NCBI GenBank assembly: GCA_041170435.1
Contig: JBEAYU010000042.1
Coordinates: forward strand, 55,692-119,691
Direction of reading: 5' to 3'
DNA from: Bacteroidota bacterium
GTDB lineage: Bacteria > Bacteroidota > Ignavibacteria > Kapaibacteriales > Kapaibacteriaceae
DNA: 64,000 nucleotides
The translations under genes were made by a program, and so were the position numbers. The notes beneath the pieces were generated by a model that was not told the origin of the DNA, searched no databases, and saw nothing but the letters and a program-made list of their open reading frames with translations. This document shows, one piece after another, positions 48,042 through 57,508 of this stretch (the stretch's first letter is position 1; the number at the start of each line of letters is the position of its first letter).

Positions 48042-48882
48042 GCCACGCTGAAGCCTCGTCAAGCGCCATCGTGCACGCTCGCCATGCATGACGAAACGCT
48101 TCGGCCGCATGGTCATGGTCTGCGGCAAAGGTCATCTCACCAACGCCGACGACCACCCCGCTCTGCATGGCTCGGTGAAACTGCTCACGCTGAAAGGTAT
48201 CGATCTCGATCCGCGTCCGCCCTGCATGTGGTAGGTACCAGGTCGTCCGATCCTCCATGGCACGTCGCGCACCAGCCTCCAGCTCGCGCGCAGTCGTGGT
48301 CGGCGTCTTGCAGATGGCAGCCGTCGGCCCGAGTGACTGCTTTGTGCTGACAAACACCGACCGGTCATTCCATGCGCGAAGTTCAGCCTCCACGTCGCTG
48401 TTGCCACTTACCATGGCAAGGGGCACGCCAAAGCTCGCTAACACAGAAGCATTCACCTCAACTTCCCCGGCCGGATGCCCATTGAGTCGAAGCTCTCGTA
48501 TCAGAGAACCCACGTATGTGTGTGCCAATAGGCCGCCAGCCGTACCGGCCATACTGTGATATCCTATGCAAAACGCTACATCGGCACCAAACTGAACACC
48601 CTCGAGCTGGCAGAGGGGCTTGTTGGCAACGTTGGCCGGCCCTATCACGAGCCGCGCGCTCGGATCAAGCTCATCAAGCAAGACGTTGCGCATCACACCA
48701 TGGCCGTCTCCTACGACGATGTCGGCATCGGGCTCCACACTGCGGATGCCGGCAATGACAGCATTGACGTCGCGCGTCAACAGTCGCTGTGCAGCAGGGT
48801 ATCCGCGCCCCTCCGGCATGAGCTGATCGCGGTGAACAACGCCCGTTGCCCCCTCCATGTCAATGGCAATGAAGACCCTCAT
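48034..48882 (-). CDS. M55-family D-aminopeptidase (DppA-like)
   Basis: MRVFIAIDMEGATGVV N-terminus and GYHSMAG. The start overlaps the mtaB stop (ATGA). Confidence 0.82.
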   Translation of the reverse strand: MRVFIAIDMEGATGVVHRDQLMPEGRGYPAAQRLLTRDVNAVIAGIRSVEPDADIVVGDGHGVMRNVLLDELDPSARLVIGPANVANKPLCQLEGVQFGADVAFCIGYHSMAGTAGGLLAHTYVGSLIRELRLNGHPAGEVEVNASVLASFGVPLAMVSGNSDVEAELRAWNDRSVFVSTKQSLGPTAAICKTPTTTARELEAGARRAMEDRTTWYLPHAGRTRIEIDTFQREQFHRAMQSGVVVGVGEMTFAADHDHAAEAFRHAWRACTMALDEASAWLK

Positions 48883-50219
48883 GGTGAACTCCTCGGAATG
48901 ATCGCGACATGGTTGTGAACATCTGTCTCATGAGGCACGGCGTGAACCGCGTCACCGTCAATGCCGACGAGCCGCACTTTCATGGGGCGCTTTTTCATCT
49001 CCGCCCCTGCGCGCATTCGCACAGCAACGTGATTCTCGGTCCACCCGGTCCATACACCGTCTCGCACATCGTATCCCTCAGGAAGAAAGGTGCGGATCGA
49101 TCCGACCTGTTCTTGATGAAAACGAATAGTGCGCTCATGACTAAGCTGACGCAGTCGTCGCGTTCGTTCTCTTCGCTCGGCAACATCAACCGAGCCCCTC
49201 ATGACGGCCGCAGCAGTATCTGCCCTCTCCGAATAGGTGAACACGTGCAGATACGTCCACGGCAGTTCCGAGAGGAGCTCTTCGGTCTGCATCGCATGAT
49301 CGTGAGTCTCCCCGGGGAAACCGGTGATCACGTCGATCCCCACGGCTGCATGTGGCATTCGTGCATGAAGTTTGGTGAGCGTCGTTCGGTACATCTGCGT
49401 GTTGTAGCGCCGACGCATCAAGCGAAGCAGATCTGCCGACCCGCTCTGCAGCGGGATATGAAAGTGCGGCACGATCGTCTCCGATCGCGCCAAGAGGTCG
49501 ATGATCTCGTCACTGATGGTGTTCGGCTCCAGGGAGCCGAGTCGCACCCGAAACGGCAGTTGCATTGAATCGATCATCCGAAGAAGATCGATCAGTCGAG
49601 CACGATCATGAGAGTCGTACTCGCCAAGATTGATCCCCGATATCACGCACTCATGGAAACCTTCGCGTGCGATCGATGAGAGCTCATGACGAACGTCTTC
49701 AAGCGCCATGGACCGCGATGGCCCCCTGGCCTTTGGTATCGTACAGAATGAGCATGAATAGTCGCAGCCATCTTGGACCTTCAGAAATGCCCTGGTTCGT
49801 GTGTTGACCCGTGACGAGCGCGCCGGAGAGAAAACCGTCTGCCCTGAAAGCGGCTCGACGATCCGCAGCGGCACGGTAGAGCCAACGATCTCAGCAACCA
49901 GATCAGGGATCCGAAGCTTGGATGCAGTGCCAACGACGGCGCTGACTCCGTCAATGGCAAGCACGTCGTCGGGCTTTAGCTGTGCATAACAACCCGTCAC
50001 TACAACGTGTGCTGATGGTGCCGCGCGAAGCCCCTTACGAACGATCTTCCGACACTCGGTGTCGGCCGATTCGGTGACGGTACAGGTGTTCACGACGAGC
50101 AGGTCTGCCGGCTGCCCGTACTCAACGATCTCGTGACCTTGGTCGGCGAAACGGCGCTCGATGGCCGACGTCTCCGTGGCGTTTAACTTGCAGCCTAATG
50201 TTGTCAGTGCAACGCGCAT
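48879..50219 (-). CDS. mtaB: Radical-SAM methylthiotransferase, MtaB-like
   Basis: MTTase N-domain (ALTTLGCKLNATETSAI), radical-SAM cluster CDYSCSFC and a TRAM-like C-terminus. The start was trimmed to MRVALTT. The MiaB/RimO alternatives are not fully excluded. Confidence 0.78.
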   Translation of the reverse strand: MRVALTTLGCKLNATETSAIERRFADQGHEIVEYGQPADLLVVNTCTVTESADTECRKIVRKGLRAAPSAHVVVTGCYAQLKPDDVLAIDGVSAVVGTASKLRIPDLVAEIVGSTVPLRIVEPLSGQTVFSPARSSRVNTRTRAFLKVQDGCDYSCSFCTIPKARGPSRSMALEDVRHELSSIAREGFHECVISGINLGEYDSHDRARLIDLLRMIDSMQLPFRVRLGSLEPNTISDEIIDLLARSETIVPHFHIPLQSGSADLLRLMRRRYNTQMYRTTLTKLHARMPHAAVGIDVITGFPGETHDHAMQTEELLSELPWTYLHVFTYSERADTAAAVMRGSVDVAERRERTRRLRQLSHERTIRFHQEQVGSIRTFLPEGYDVRDGVWTGWTENHVAVRMRAGAEMKKRPMKVRLVGIDGDAVHAVPHETDVHNHVAIIPRSSP

Positions 50220-50262
50220 GGACGCAAAGTTATGTCCATCAGAAGTCAAGAGAGGAACTCCA

Positions 50263-50661
50263 ATGAGATCCGGTATCGAAAGCTCGGTCGCTCACGTGGA
50301 TGTGACGGTCACCGCCGAGATGGTTGCTCGCCTTGATGATCGTGTGGTCCACCCCGTGTACTCAACGTTCTGGCTCTGCTATCATGCTGAAGTCGCAGCA
50401 CGCCGTGCGATCGAACCCTATTTCGAGGGTGACGAAAATGCGTGCGGCACGGGGCTGAGCATAACTCACAAGGCCATGGCAGCTGTCGGTGCCCATGTCC
50501 GCGTGACAGCAAGCGTCTTGTCAATCGTCGGCAATCGCATTACCTGCAGTATCGAGGCTCGAATCCACGGAAGTGATCATTTGCTGGCCGAGGGCCGGCA
50601 AGAGCAGGCCATTCTCTCAACAACGCGGCTGGCCGATCTGGCGGCATCTGCCCTTCGCTGA
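50263..50661 (+). CDS. Hotdog-fold thioesterase-like protein (FlK-like architecture)
   Basis: 132 aa after trimming to MRSGIES. The pattern ...HPVYSTFWLCYHAEVAARRAIEPYF...GTGLSITHKAM...VRVTASV.. parallels the Thr/Ser-Glu-His positions of FlK-type thioesterases. Confidence 0.55.
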   Translation: MRSGIESSVAHVDVTVTAEMVARLDDRVVHPVYSTFWLCYHAEVAARRAIEPYFEGDENACGTGLSITHKAMAAVGAHVRVTASVLSIVGNRITCSIEARIHGSDHLLAEGRQEQAILSTTRLADLAASALR

Positions 50662-50665
50662 GCGG

Positions 50666-51295
50666 TCACTTGAGGATATGCCCGGTCTGGGCGCACCAGA
50701 ACAGCAGATCGATCTCATCCATGTCGATGCCGATCTCCTTGCAGTAAGCATCAAAGGTCACCTCAACATTTCGATACTTTTCGTCGCTATTGACCGAGGG
50801 CGGATTGTCATAGATGCCACATACGACAAGGTTCGTCAGTAAATGCCGGTCGATGATGGCTAACCCGCGCTGGCCGATGTTTCGCAAGAAGTGGCTCGCC
50901 TCCTTCATACCGAAACCGTTCACAGAACCTCGGAGCTCGTCGCGGCGCTGCCGAGGGGTGAGCCCCCTACCTTGAATGATCTCCCGGATCAACGGCCACT
51001 TCTCACGGGCCAGATGGAGCCGATCATGCTTGGTATTGTGAAATCGGATGTAGCTATCGCGACGCTCCAGAAGATGGACAACGCTTTGACCTTGATCGAA
51101 AAACCGTACGCGCTCGAGCTCCTTCTGAACAGCAAAGGCATTGACGGCGCTTGACTGAGGGGTCATCAAACAGAAGCAAAGCTCATAGAACCAGCACTCC
51201 GGTGCCACCTTGGCGAAGTCATCGAGTCGCGCAATGATCTCCGGCCGACGCTCGAGGTACAGCGCAGCCAAGTTCGGCGGCAGCTGACGGGACAT
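50666..51295 (-). CDS. ogg: Ogg2-type (archaeal-like) 8-oxoguanine DNA glycosylase / AP lyase
   Basis: WFYELCFCLMTPQSSA, GFGMKEASHFLRNIG, AIIDRHLL and a C-terminus ..FWCAQTGHILK closely parallel the Methanocaldococcus-type Ogg. The ATG overlaps the upstream stop (TGATG at 51293-51297). Confidence 0.85.
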   Translation of the reverse strand: MSRQLPPNLAALYLERRPEIIARLDDFAKVAPECWFYELCFCLMTPQSSAVNAFAVQKELERVRFFDQGQSVVHLLERRDSYIRFHNTKHDRLHLAREKWPLIREIIQGRGLTPRQRRDELRGSVNGFGMKEASHFLRNIGQRGLAIIDRHLLTNLVVCGIYDNPPSVNSDEKYRNVEVTFDAYCKEIGIDMDEIDLLFWCAQTGHILK

Positions 51296-53466
51296 CACAC
51301 AAGCCCCCTGCGCTTGCGCAGGAACCACTCTGTGGCGAAGGCCAGGATGGCAACGGCCGCGATCCATGGCAGATGATGTAGTGCCAACTCGCGTTCGCTG
51401 GTGCGCACGATCGGACGTAACCGAGGATCGTTCATGATGGCATCGAGTAGCACGTCAACCGAGTCTATGCCGCCGAATCGAGAACCCGTGCGCTGCGATA
51501 GCACACGCAGTAAGGAGGCATTCATGGCCGTGGTCTGCTCTTCAAGGCCGATCTGACTGACCGTAAACGTCCCCTGATCCCGACCCAGCGTCACGCCTCG
51601 AGCTGTCGCAATCCCCGTAAATGAGTACCGCCCCGGCGGTAAACTGCCAATCGATGCAGCGTATTGCCCCGCCCCTTTAGGAGAGAGTTCAACGGTGCGT
51701 TGCGTTCCGGCACCGTCGAGAACAAGCCGTACTTCGGCATCTTCAACGGCTGAGAACGCTTGGTCAAAGACCGACCCGGAGAAGGCCACTGTTTCGCCGA
51801 CGACGTAGGTCTCGTGCGTGCTACGGATCTGAACACGGCGCTCGTCGTCGCGGACGCTGAGCCACTTCATCGAGTTTGAGGTAAAGGTCTGCAAAACATC
51901 CCATGAGGCGCCCCCACGTGCCTGAGCCTGCCCCTGACCGAGAAGCTTCCAACGGTAGAGGCCGTGTCCGAGGACGGCCAGTGATCGAGTTTGCCCGAGG
52001 TCGCGCTTCAATATCAATGGCTCATCAATCGGCGTCGAACCTACCTTCATTCGGGCAAGGACGGTCGAACCGGACGTCGGCTCAACAAAGAGTTCCGTTC
52101 GGTAGATCGGAGGCAGATTGTTCCAAAGTTCTGCGTCGTTGTCTGCCCCAGTCAATCGCATGAGTGCATCGGCCGTGGCAACCGATGAAACGTCGGCTGT
52201 GACGTTCATCTCGATCGGCCGATTGGACGTGACACGAAACGGCAGGAGATCTCCAAGCGCGCCGAGCTTAGCATAGTCGGTCGCGATGGATGCCACGAAG
52301 AGAATCGAGGCCCCTCGGCGACAGCGGCTGGCGATCTCATCGATCACCGACTTTGGCGTGAAGGCCGTCGGGAAACCGACCATGACGATGGACGTAGCAT
52401 CTGCCAGCGCGGCTGCCGTCGGTGCGCCTTCGTAGAAGCTCGCCCCTTCCCTATGGATGAACGTTGCGAGCTCGAGCGACGGATCCTGCTCGATTGCGGT
52501 GCGAATAAAGGATACGTCCGGGCTGGGAGCGCCGGCAAACAGGACAACTCGCTTCTTGTTCTTCCGAACACGAATGGTGGTTTGAGCAGCATTGTTCTTT
52601 TGCGTGAACTCAGAACCTGCATCAACGATCCGGGCCGATAAAAGATGGACGCCCTCCGAGCTCGGCGTCCACTCGTACGACATCTGGTAGCGAGGGACGT
52701 TCTGACGAAGCTGCAGTGGAAGCCTTGCCACATCCGTTCCGTTATCGTTGATTACCACGGCAGCGGCTCGGTCAGAGATGAATGACTGCTCGAGATCGAT
52801 CGTAATCGGCATCGGTTCTTGGACGATACCGACGCCGGAGGATGTCAGCGAGACCATGCGCAGATCCGCCGGAGGCACGCTGTCTCCAATACCAAGCGTA
52901 TAGACGGCCATGCCACTGCGCTCTGCCGAGTAGAGCGGCTGTTCACCACTATTGTGATTCCCGTCACTGATCACCAGAAGGGCACCATACTCTGCGTCGC
53001 CGCCGGCATTGGCCAGCTTACGGATCGCTGCCCCAACGTCGGTCCTGAAGCCGGACAGGCGCATGGTATCGAACGAACCGGAAAGGTTACGCACCGTCTC
53101 ATCGAACACGTACACGTCAGCTGCATCTGCAAGCCGGTCCATGACGCGATTCACCGCTGAACGCACATCGCTGGCTCGGTCTCGAGACCTGTCACGCATA
53201 CCCATGGAGCGCGATACGTCCACGGCCACTGCAACACGTGGTTGGAGAGTTTCGCTACGTCGGAACCGGGCAAGGGGCTCGTACAGCAAAAGGATCAGCG
53301 CCATCAGACCGATCGAGCGAAGCGCAATAAGCGTCAGGCGCATGCGACGGTCAATCGGAGGATTCGTCGCCTTATACAGAAAGGCCGAGATCGTGATCGC
53401 CACGATGGCAAAGACCAGGTATAGATACCAAGGTCCACCGGCAAGATCGAGACTGAGACTTTCCAT
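51295..53466 (-). CDS. VWA-domain membrane protein (BatA-like N-terminal double-TM + von Willebrand A domain)
   Basis: N-terminal two TM helices, the MIDAS motif in VAVAVDVSRSMGMRD and a C-terminal TM helix (LPWIAAVAILAFATEWFL). Confidence 0.72.
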   Translation of the reverse strand: MESLSLDLAGGPWYLYLVFAIVAITISAFLYKATNPPIDRRMRLTLIALRSIGLMALILLLYEPLARFRRSETLQPRVAVAVDVSRSMGMRDRSRDRASDVRSAVNRVMDRLADAADVYVFDETVRNLSGSFDTMRLSGFRTDVGAAIRKLANAGGDAEYGALLVISDGNHNSGEQPLYSAERSGMAVYTLGIGDSVPPADLRMVSLTSSGVGIVQEPMPITIDLEQSFISDRAAAVVINDNGTDVARLPLQLRQNVPRYQMSYEWTPSSEGVHLLSARIVDAGSEFTQKNNAAQTTIRVRKNKKRVVLFAGAPSPDVSFIRTAIEQDPSLELATFIHREGASFYEGAPTAAALADATSIVMVGFPTAFTPKSVIDEIASRCRRGASILFVASIATDYAKLGALGDLLPFRVTSNRPIEMNVTADVSSVATADALMRLTGADNDAELWNNLPPIYRTELFVEPTSGSTVLARMKVGSTPIDEPLILKRDLGQTRSLAVLGHGLYRWKLLGQGQAQARGGASWDVLQTFTSNSMKWLSVRDDERRVQIRSTHETYVVGETVAFSGSVFDQAFSAVEDAEVRLVLDGAGTQRTVELSPKGAGQYAASIGSLPPGRYSFTGIATARGVTLGRDQGTFTVSQIGLEEQTTAMNASLLRVLSQRTGSRFGGIDSVDVLLDAIMNDPRLRPIVRTSERELALHHLPWIAAVAILAFATEWFLRKRRGLV

Positions 53467-53487
53467 GGGTATGAGGCTACCTCCGGA

Positions 53488-54228
53488 TTATCGGAGCGAT
53501 TCAGGGATGAACAGCAGAATACTCTGAGCAACGATCAGGCTCGTGACGTAAAAGAATGCCGCCTCTTCCCAAGGTAGAATCTGCCATAGCTTCAGACCCG
53601 TGATCTGCTTTTCGTCAAAAAACCAGATACCACGGCGCACAGCCCATACATCGGCAGCCGTCAGCAGAGAACCGATGGCAAGCGTCGAGGCAATGATCAC
53701 CGGAAGTCGCGGCTCCAAGATGCTCCAGCCGAACACCCATTGAGCCGAAATCAGAGGCACGAACCAGATCCCGAGGTGCCAGGCATACGTGGAAGCTGCG
53801 TGTCGTGAACGCCATCGACTCGTTCCAACGGCAACAATCGCGGCCAGCACGAACACCACGCCTGAGGCCAGAAGGTCAGACATCGATACGACAAGCATTC
53901 TCGTGCTGTTCGACGGGAACCAGCGCACAAGAGCGAGCGTGAGGAATGAGACCTGAAGTGTTTGTAGCACGAAGAAGGCCACTTCCTCGTATGGCAGCAC
54001 GCCGATCCGCCCGATCAGACGGTCATCCGGGAAGTCCCACACGCCCCTTTTGACGGCCCATGAGTCCCATGGGAATGTGAACGCGACAACCACCAGGCAG
54101 AGCACCACGATCGCCAAGATGGCTTCGATCGAGGGTCCCGACAGAAGCCAACAGAGCAAGCAGGCGGCAAGTAATGGCAGCGTCATCCTGAGATGGAAGC
54201 CGCGGTAGGTCATTTCCATGGTCTTCAC
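53488..54228 (-). CDS. Lycopene cyclase domain protein (fused CrtYc/CrtYd type)
   Basis: Polytopic membrane protein with two repeats, each carrying the PxEE motif (LPYEEVAFFVLQ, LPWEEAAFFYV). Confidence 0.72.
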   Translation of the reverse strand: MKTMEMTYRGFHLRMTLPLLAACLLCWLLSGPSIEAILAIVVLCLVVVAFTFPWDSWAVKRGVWDFPDDRLIGRIGVLPYEEVAFFVLQTLQVSFLTLALVRWFPSNSTRMLVVSMSDLLASGVVFVLAAIVAVGTSRWRSRHAASTYAWHLGIWFVPLISAQWVFGWSILEPRLPVIIASTLAIGSLLTAADVWAVRRGIWFFDEKQITGLKLWQILPWEEAAFFYVTSLIVAQSILLFIPESLR

Positions 54229-55190
54229 TGGAGTGGAACCACCAGACTCAATCGGTGCATCACAGCTGCTGCTCCAAGAGCACTATATGCATAGTCGAAC
54301 GAGAAGCTGGGTAGGCGAAGACCAACGCCGGCACTGAGACCAGAAAGCTGCGATACGATATTCACGGCCGAGGTGTTACGAAGACGGTTGTCGTATGAAA
54401 GGCGGGCCTGGATGACCTTCCCCAAGTACAGCTCGCCCCCTACCGAAAAGTTGGAGAGCCGATCAAGAATATCATCCGTCTCGTCCGTCAGGTGATTGAG
54501 CGAAAAGTTGACCAATAATGGAAGGCCTCGCAAACGGTGGCTCACGCCAATGCGCATGTCCAATGGGAGCCGGTCACGGACTCCGTCGTAGGTGCTGAGC
54601 TGCGTGCCGACGTTGAGAATGCTCAGACCGATGTTGAGGCGCTTTGCCGGGATCTGGTAGAGAAGTCCCGCATCGAAGGCCACGGCCGTCGACGACATGT
54701 CGGGAATGGTCGAATGCAGAACCTTGGCCGTGACGCCATAGCTGAGTGTCGAGTCGAGTTCATTCGACACCGATGCCGACAGAGCGATATCGTTTGCTCC
54801 GAACGAACCGGTTCGATCACCCGTGACCGTTGTCCTGGAGAACGTTCCGTAGTTGAGATACCCTACTGTGAACCCCATTTGTCCGACGCCGTCGATGTGT
54901 CGATTGTAGGTCGCGTACCCGGCATTGATATCGAGGACGTGTTTGATGAACGTAGCGGTCACGACAGATGAATCAACCGTTGATAGAACCGCAGGATTGA
55001 TGACCATGTTGGCCGGATCCTGCACAACAGCCACGGTTGCCCCACCGAGACCAGCCATGCGGGCACTGATGGTGCTTCGAAGAAAGTTGAAGATGAATGT
55101 TTGCTGCGCGTGAAGGCTCGTCGCAGCGCAAAGGCAGCTGATCAGAATGCCTGCACGTCCCAATCGGACTCTCTCACGAAATCGATTCAC
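54225..55190 (-). CDS. PorV/PorQ-family outer-membrane beta-barrel protein (T9SS-associated)
   Basis: ARMAGLGGATVAVVQDPANMVINPAVL near the N-terminus and a strand-rich body. The start was placed at GTG 55190, overlapping the ybgC-like stop (GTGA), which gives the signal peptide RLGRAGILISCLCAATSLHAQQ. Confidence 0.58.
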   Translation of the reverse strand: MNRFRERVRLGRAGILISCLCAATSLHAQQTFIFNFLRSTISARMAGLGGATVAVVQDPANMVINPAVLSTVDSSVVTATFIKHVLDINAGYATYNRHIDGVGQMGFTVGYLNYGTFSRTTVTGDRTGSFGANDIALSASVSNELDSTLSYGVTAKVLHSTIPDMSSTAVAFDAGLLYQIPAKRLNIGLSILNVGTQLSTYDGVRDRLPLDMRIGVSHRLRGLPLLVNFSLNHLTDETDDILDRLSNFSVGGELYLGKVIQARLSYDNRLRNTSAVNIVSQLSGLSAGVGLRLPSFSFDYAYSALGAAAVMHRLSLVVPLQ

Positions 55191-55600
55191 TGATGATCTC
55201 CGACCACTTTGAGAAAAAACTCCGGAGGACGCGTCGGCCGAAACGTGTCCGAACGCACGAAGGTGTGACGAGTCCACCCACGCACGAGTGTAGCCTCGCC
55301 CCTGGTGATCTCATATCGAATTGTCAGACGCATTCCGTCAAGGGGCTCAACCAACGTCCTGATATCAACCACGTCGTCGTACCGCGCCGGAAGAAGGAAT
55401 TCACAGTGTGCCTCCAGCACCGGAAGCATGTAGCCGTCGTGCTCCATTTGACTATACGGAAGCCCCCTATCACGAAGAAACTCCGTTCGACCGATCTCGA
55501 AAAGACGCAGGTAGTTTCCGTGATAGACAACTCCCATTTTGTCAGTGTCGCTGTATCGAACCCGATACTGCGCCACATGCCGAAGCGGCTCGGCACTCAT
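55187..55600 (-). CDS. Acyl-CoA thioesterase, YbgC/4HBT family
   Basis: YRVRYSDTDKMGVVYHGNYLRLFEIGRTEFLR; 137 aa. Confidence 0.85.
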   Translation of the reverse strand: MSAEPLRHVAQYRVRYSDTDKMGVVYHGNYLRLFEIGRTEFLRDRGLPYSQMEHDGYMLPVLEAHCEFLLPARYDDVVDIRTLVEPLDGMRLTIRYEITRGEATLVRGWTRHTFVRSDTFRPTRPPEFFLKVVGDHQ

Positions 55601-56556
55601 CGTGACACGCCCTGCGAAGGAGTCGACATCATCATGTCGAGAAGGCGCTCAAGCTCTTCCAACGAGAAGAAATCCACCTCGATCGCACCCGTCTCATCGC
55701 TCTTCATTTTCACCCGGACCTGCGTAGCGAAGACATGACGGAGTGAATCCTCGATGGCTTGGATGGACTTGTTGGTTTCCTTCGGGGCAGATGGTGAAGG
55801 AGACTTTGACTGGCGCGTCTGGATCTGACCGGACCGAGTAATGTCCTTCCGCCCGAGCTCAAGATCCTTGACAAGAGCCTCTGTCTTACGAACAGACAAC
55901 TCTCGATTGATGATCTCACGCAATACCGTCAACATCCGGTTCTCATTCGACAGGGCCAAGAGCGCACGGGCATGTCCCATGCTAATGCGCCGATTCCTCA
56001 ACGCTGCTTGGATGTCGGGTGGAAGCTTCAGCAGTCGTAATGAGTTGGCAACTGTACTTCTGTCCTTGCCAACCTTGACAGCAACGTCATCCTGCTTGAG
56101 ATTGCAATCGTCAATCAGACGCTGATATCCCTGAGCCACCTCCAGAGGATCGAGGTCCTCCCGTTGAAGATTCTCTACAAGAGCGATCTCGAGCATCTGT
56201 GCGTCGGAGCCAACTTCGATCACATGAGCAGGAATGACGGTCAGTCCTGCCATCTGCGCAGCTCTGAATCGACGTTCTCCACTGATCAATTCATAGCCAT
56301 CAAAATGCCGGCGCACGGTGATTGGTGTGATCACGCCATGGACGGCGATCGACTGAGCGAGTTCTTCGAGAGCCTTCTGATCGAAGTGATGACGGGGCTG
56401 CACTGGGTTGGTAGCGATCTTGTCGATCTCAATGGCGCTCACGCCCAGCGGCTGTGCATCGGCCACGAGGGGTTGCTGAGATGTGGCCTCCGGCCGCAAC
56501 AGCTCCTTTGGGATCAGAGCCCCAATGCCCTTTCCAAGTCCAAGTCCTTGCTTCAC
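55597..56556 (-). CDS. parB: Chromosome partitioning protein ParB (Spo0J)
   Basis: GVITPITVRR...YELISGERRFRAA ParB box and the HTH region DDVAVKVGKDRSTVANSLRLLKLP. Confidence 0.92.
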   Translation of the reverse strand: MKQGLGLGKGIGALIPKELLRPEATSQQPLVADAQPLGVSAIEIDKIATNPVQPRHHFDQKALEELAQSIAVHGVITPITVRRHFDGYELISGERRFRAAQMAGLTVIPAHVIEVGSDAQMLEIALVENLQREDLDPLEVAQGYQRLIDDCNLKQDDVAVKVGKDRSTVANSLRLLKLPPDIQAALRNRRISMGHARALLALSNENRMLTVLREIINRELSVRKTEALVKDLELGRKDITRSGQIQTRQSKSPSPSAPKETNKSIQAIEDSLRHVFATQVRVKMKSDETGAIEVDFFSLEELERLLDMMMSTPSQGVSR

Positions 56557-56574
56557 GATGTGATATCTCCCTGT

Positions 56575-57363
56575 TTAGCCGACCAGCGCACCGGCAGTAG
56601 CAGCGTTCTTTTCAAGGATCTCTGTTGCCAGCGCCAGATAATTCTGCGCTCCGATACTTGATGCGTCATAGAGCAACACGGGCTTGCCGTGACTTGGGGC
56701 CTCAGAAAGTCGAACATTGCGGGAGATCACCGTACGGCATGCCTTGTCTTCAAAATGACGCCGGACCTCGTCCACCACCTGATTGCTCAAACGAAGCCGC
56801 GAATCGTACATCGTCAGCAGGACACCTTCAATCTCAAGAGCAGGGTTCGTAGTGCGTCGAACGATCGAGATGGTGTTGAGAAGCTGACCAAGTCCCTCCA
56901 GGGCGTAAAACTCGCACTGGACCGGGATGAGCACCGAATCGGCAGCTGTAAGCGAATTGAGTGTCAGCAGACCAAGTGACGGCGGACAATCAATCACAAC
57001 GTAGTCGTACTTGTCCCTGATCGACGACAGTATCGATTTGAGAAGATGCTCTCGCTGCGGCACTTCCACGAGCTCGATCTCAGCACCGACGAGATTGATA
57101 TGTGAAGGCACGAGGTCGAGAAATGGCATTGACGTGGTAACGACAACCGTCTCGATCGGGAGTCGATTGACGAGTACTTCGTAAATCGTTTTATCGAGAG
57201 CACTCGTGTCTACGCCGTATCCATGCGAAGCATTCGCCTGTGGATCGATATCAACGAGCAATGTCCGTTGCTCCGTTGCAGCCAGTGAAGCAGCGAGATT
57301 GACCGCAGTGGTGGTCTTGCCCACACCGCCCTTCTGGTTCGCAACGGCAATGATCTTTCCCAT
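56575..57363 (-). CDS. parA: Chromosome partitioning ATPase ParA (Soj)
   Basis: Deviant Walker A in [19 protein letters not shown] and DCPPSLG. The start was trimmed to the MGKII codon. Confidence 0.93.
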   Translation of the reverse strand: MGKIIAVANQKGGVGKTTTAVNLAASLAATEQRTLLVDIDPQANASHGYGVDTSALDKTIYEVLVNRLPIETVVVTTSMPFLDLVPSHINLVGAEIELVEVPQREHLLKSILSSIRDKYDYVVIDCPPSLGLLTLNSLTAADSVLIPVQCEFYALEGLGQLLNTISIVRRTTNPALEIEGVLLTMYDSRLRLSNQVVDEVRRHFEDKACRTVISRNVRLSEAPSHGKPVLLYDASSIGAQNYLALATEILEKNAATAGALVG

Positions 57364-57508
57364 TAGAATGACAACTCCGAGATCGTGACAACCGTCACGT
57401 GAATGTGTTAAGGTGAAGGCAGACGCATCGGCCCGCCGTGGGTGCAACAGGCGCAAAGGTACGAAGCAGTGTGTACTCCGAAAAGTCTTGTTTCATGCAC
57501 GTTTCACG

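Noticed and set aside
57489-57508. parS-like sequence TGTTTCATGCACGTTTCACG sits between the sprA stop and the parA start.
   Set aside because: It contains two direct GTTTCA(C/T)G half-sites. It matches only about 8-9 of 16 positions of the palindromic TGTTTCACGTGAAACA consensus, and no inverted second half is present.
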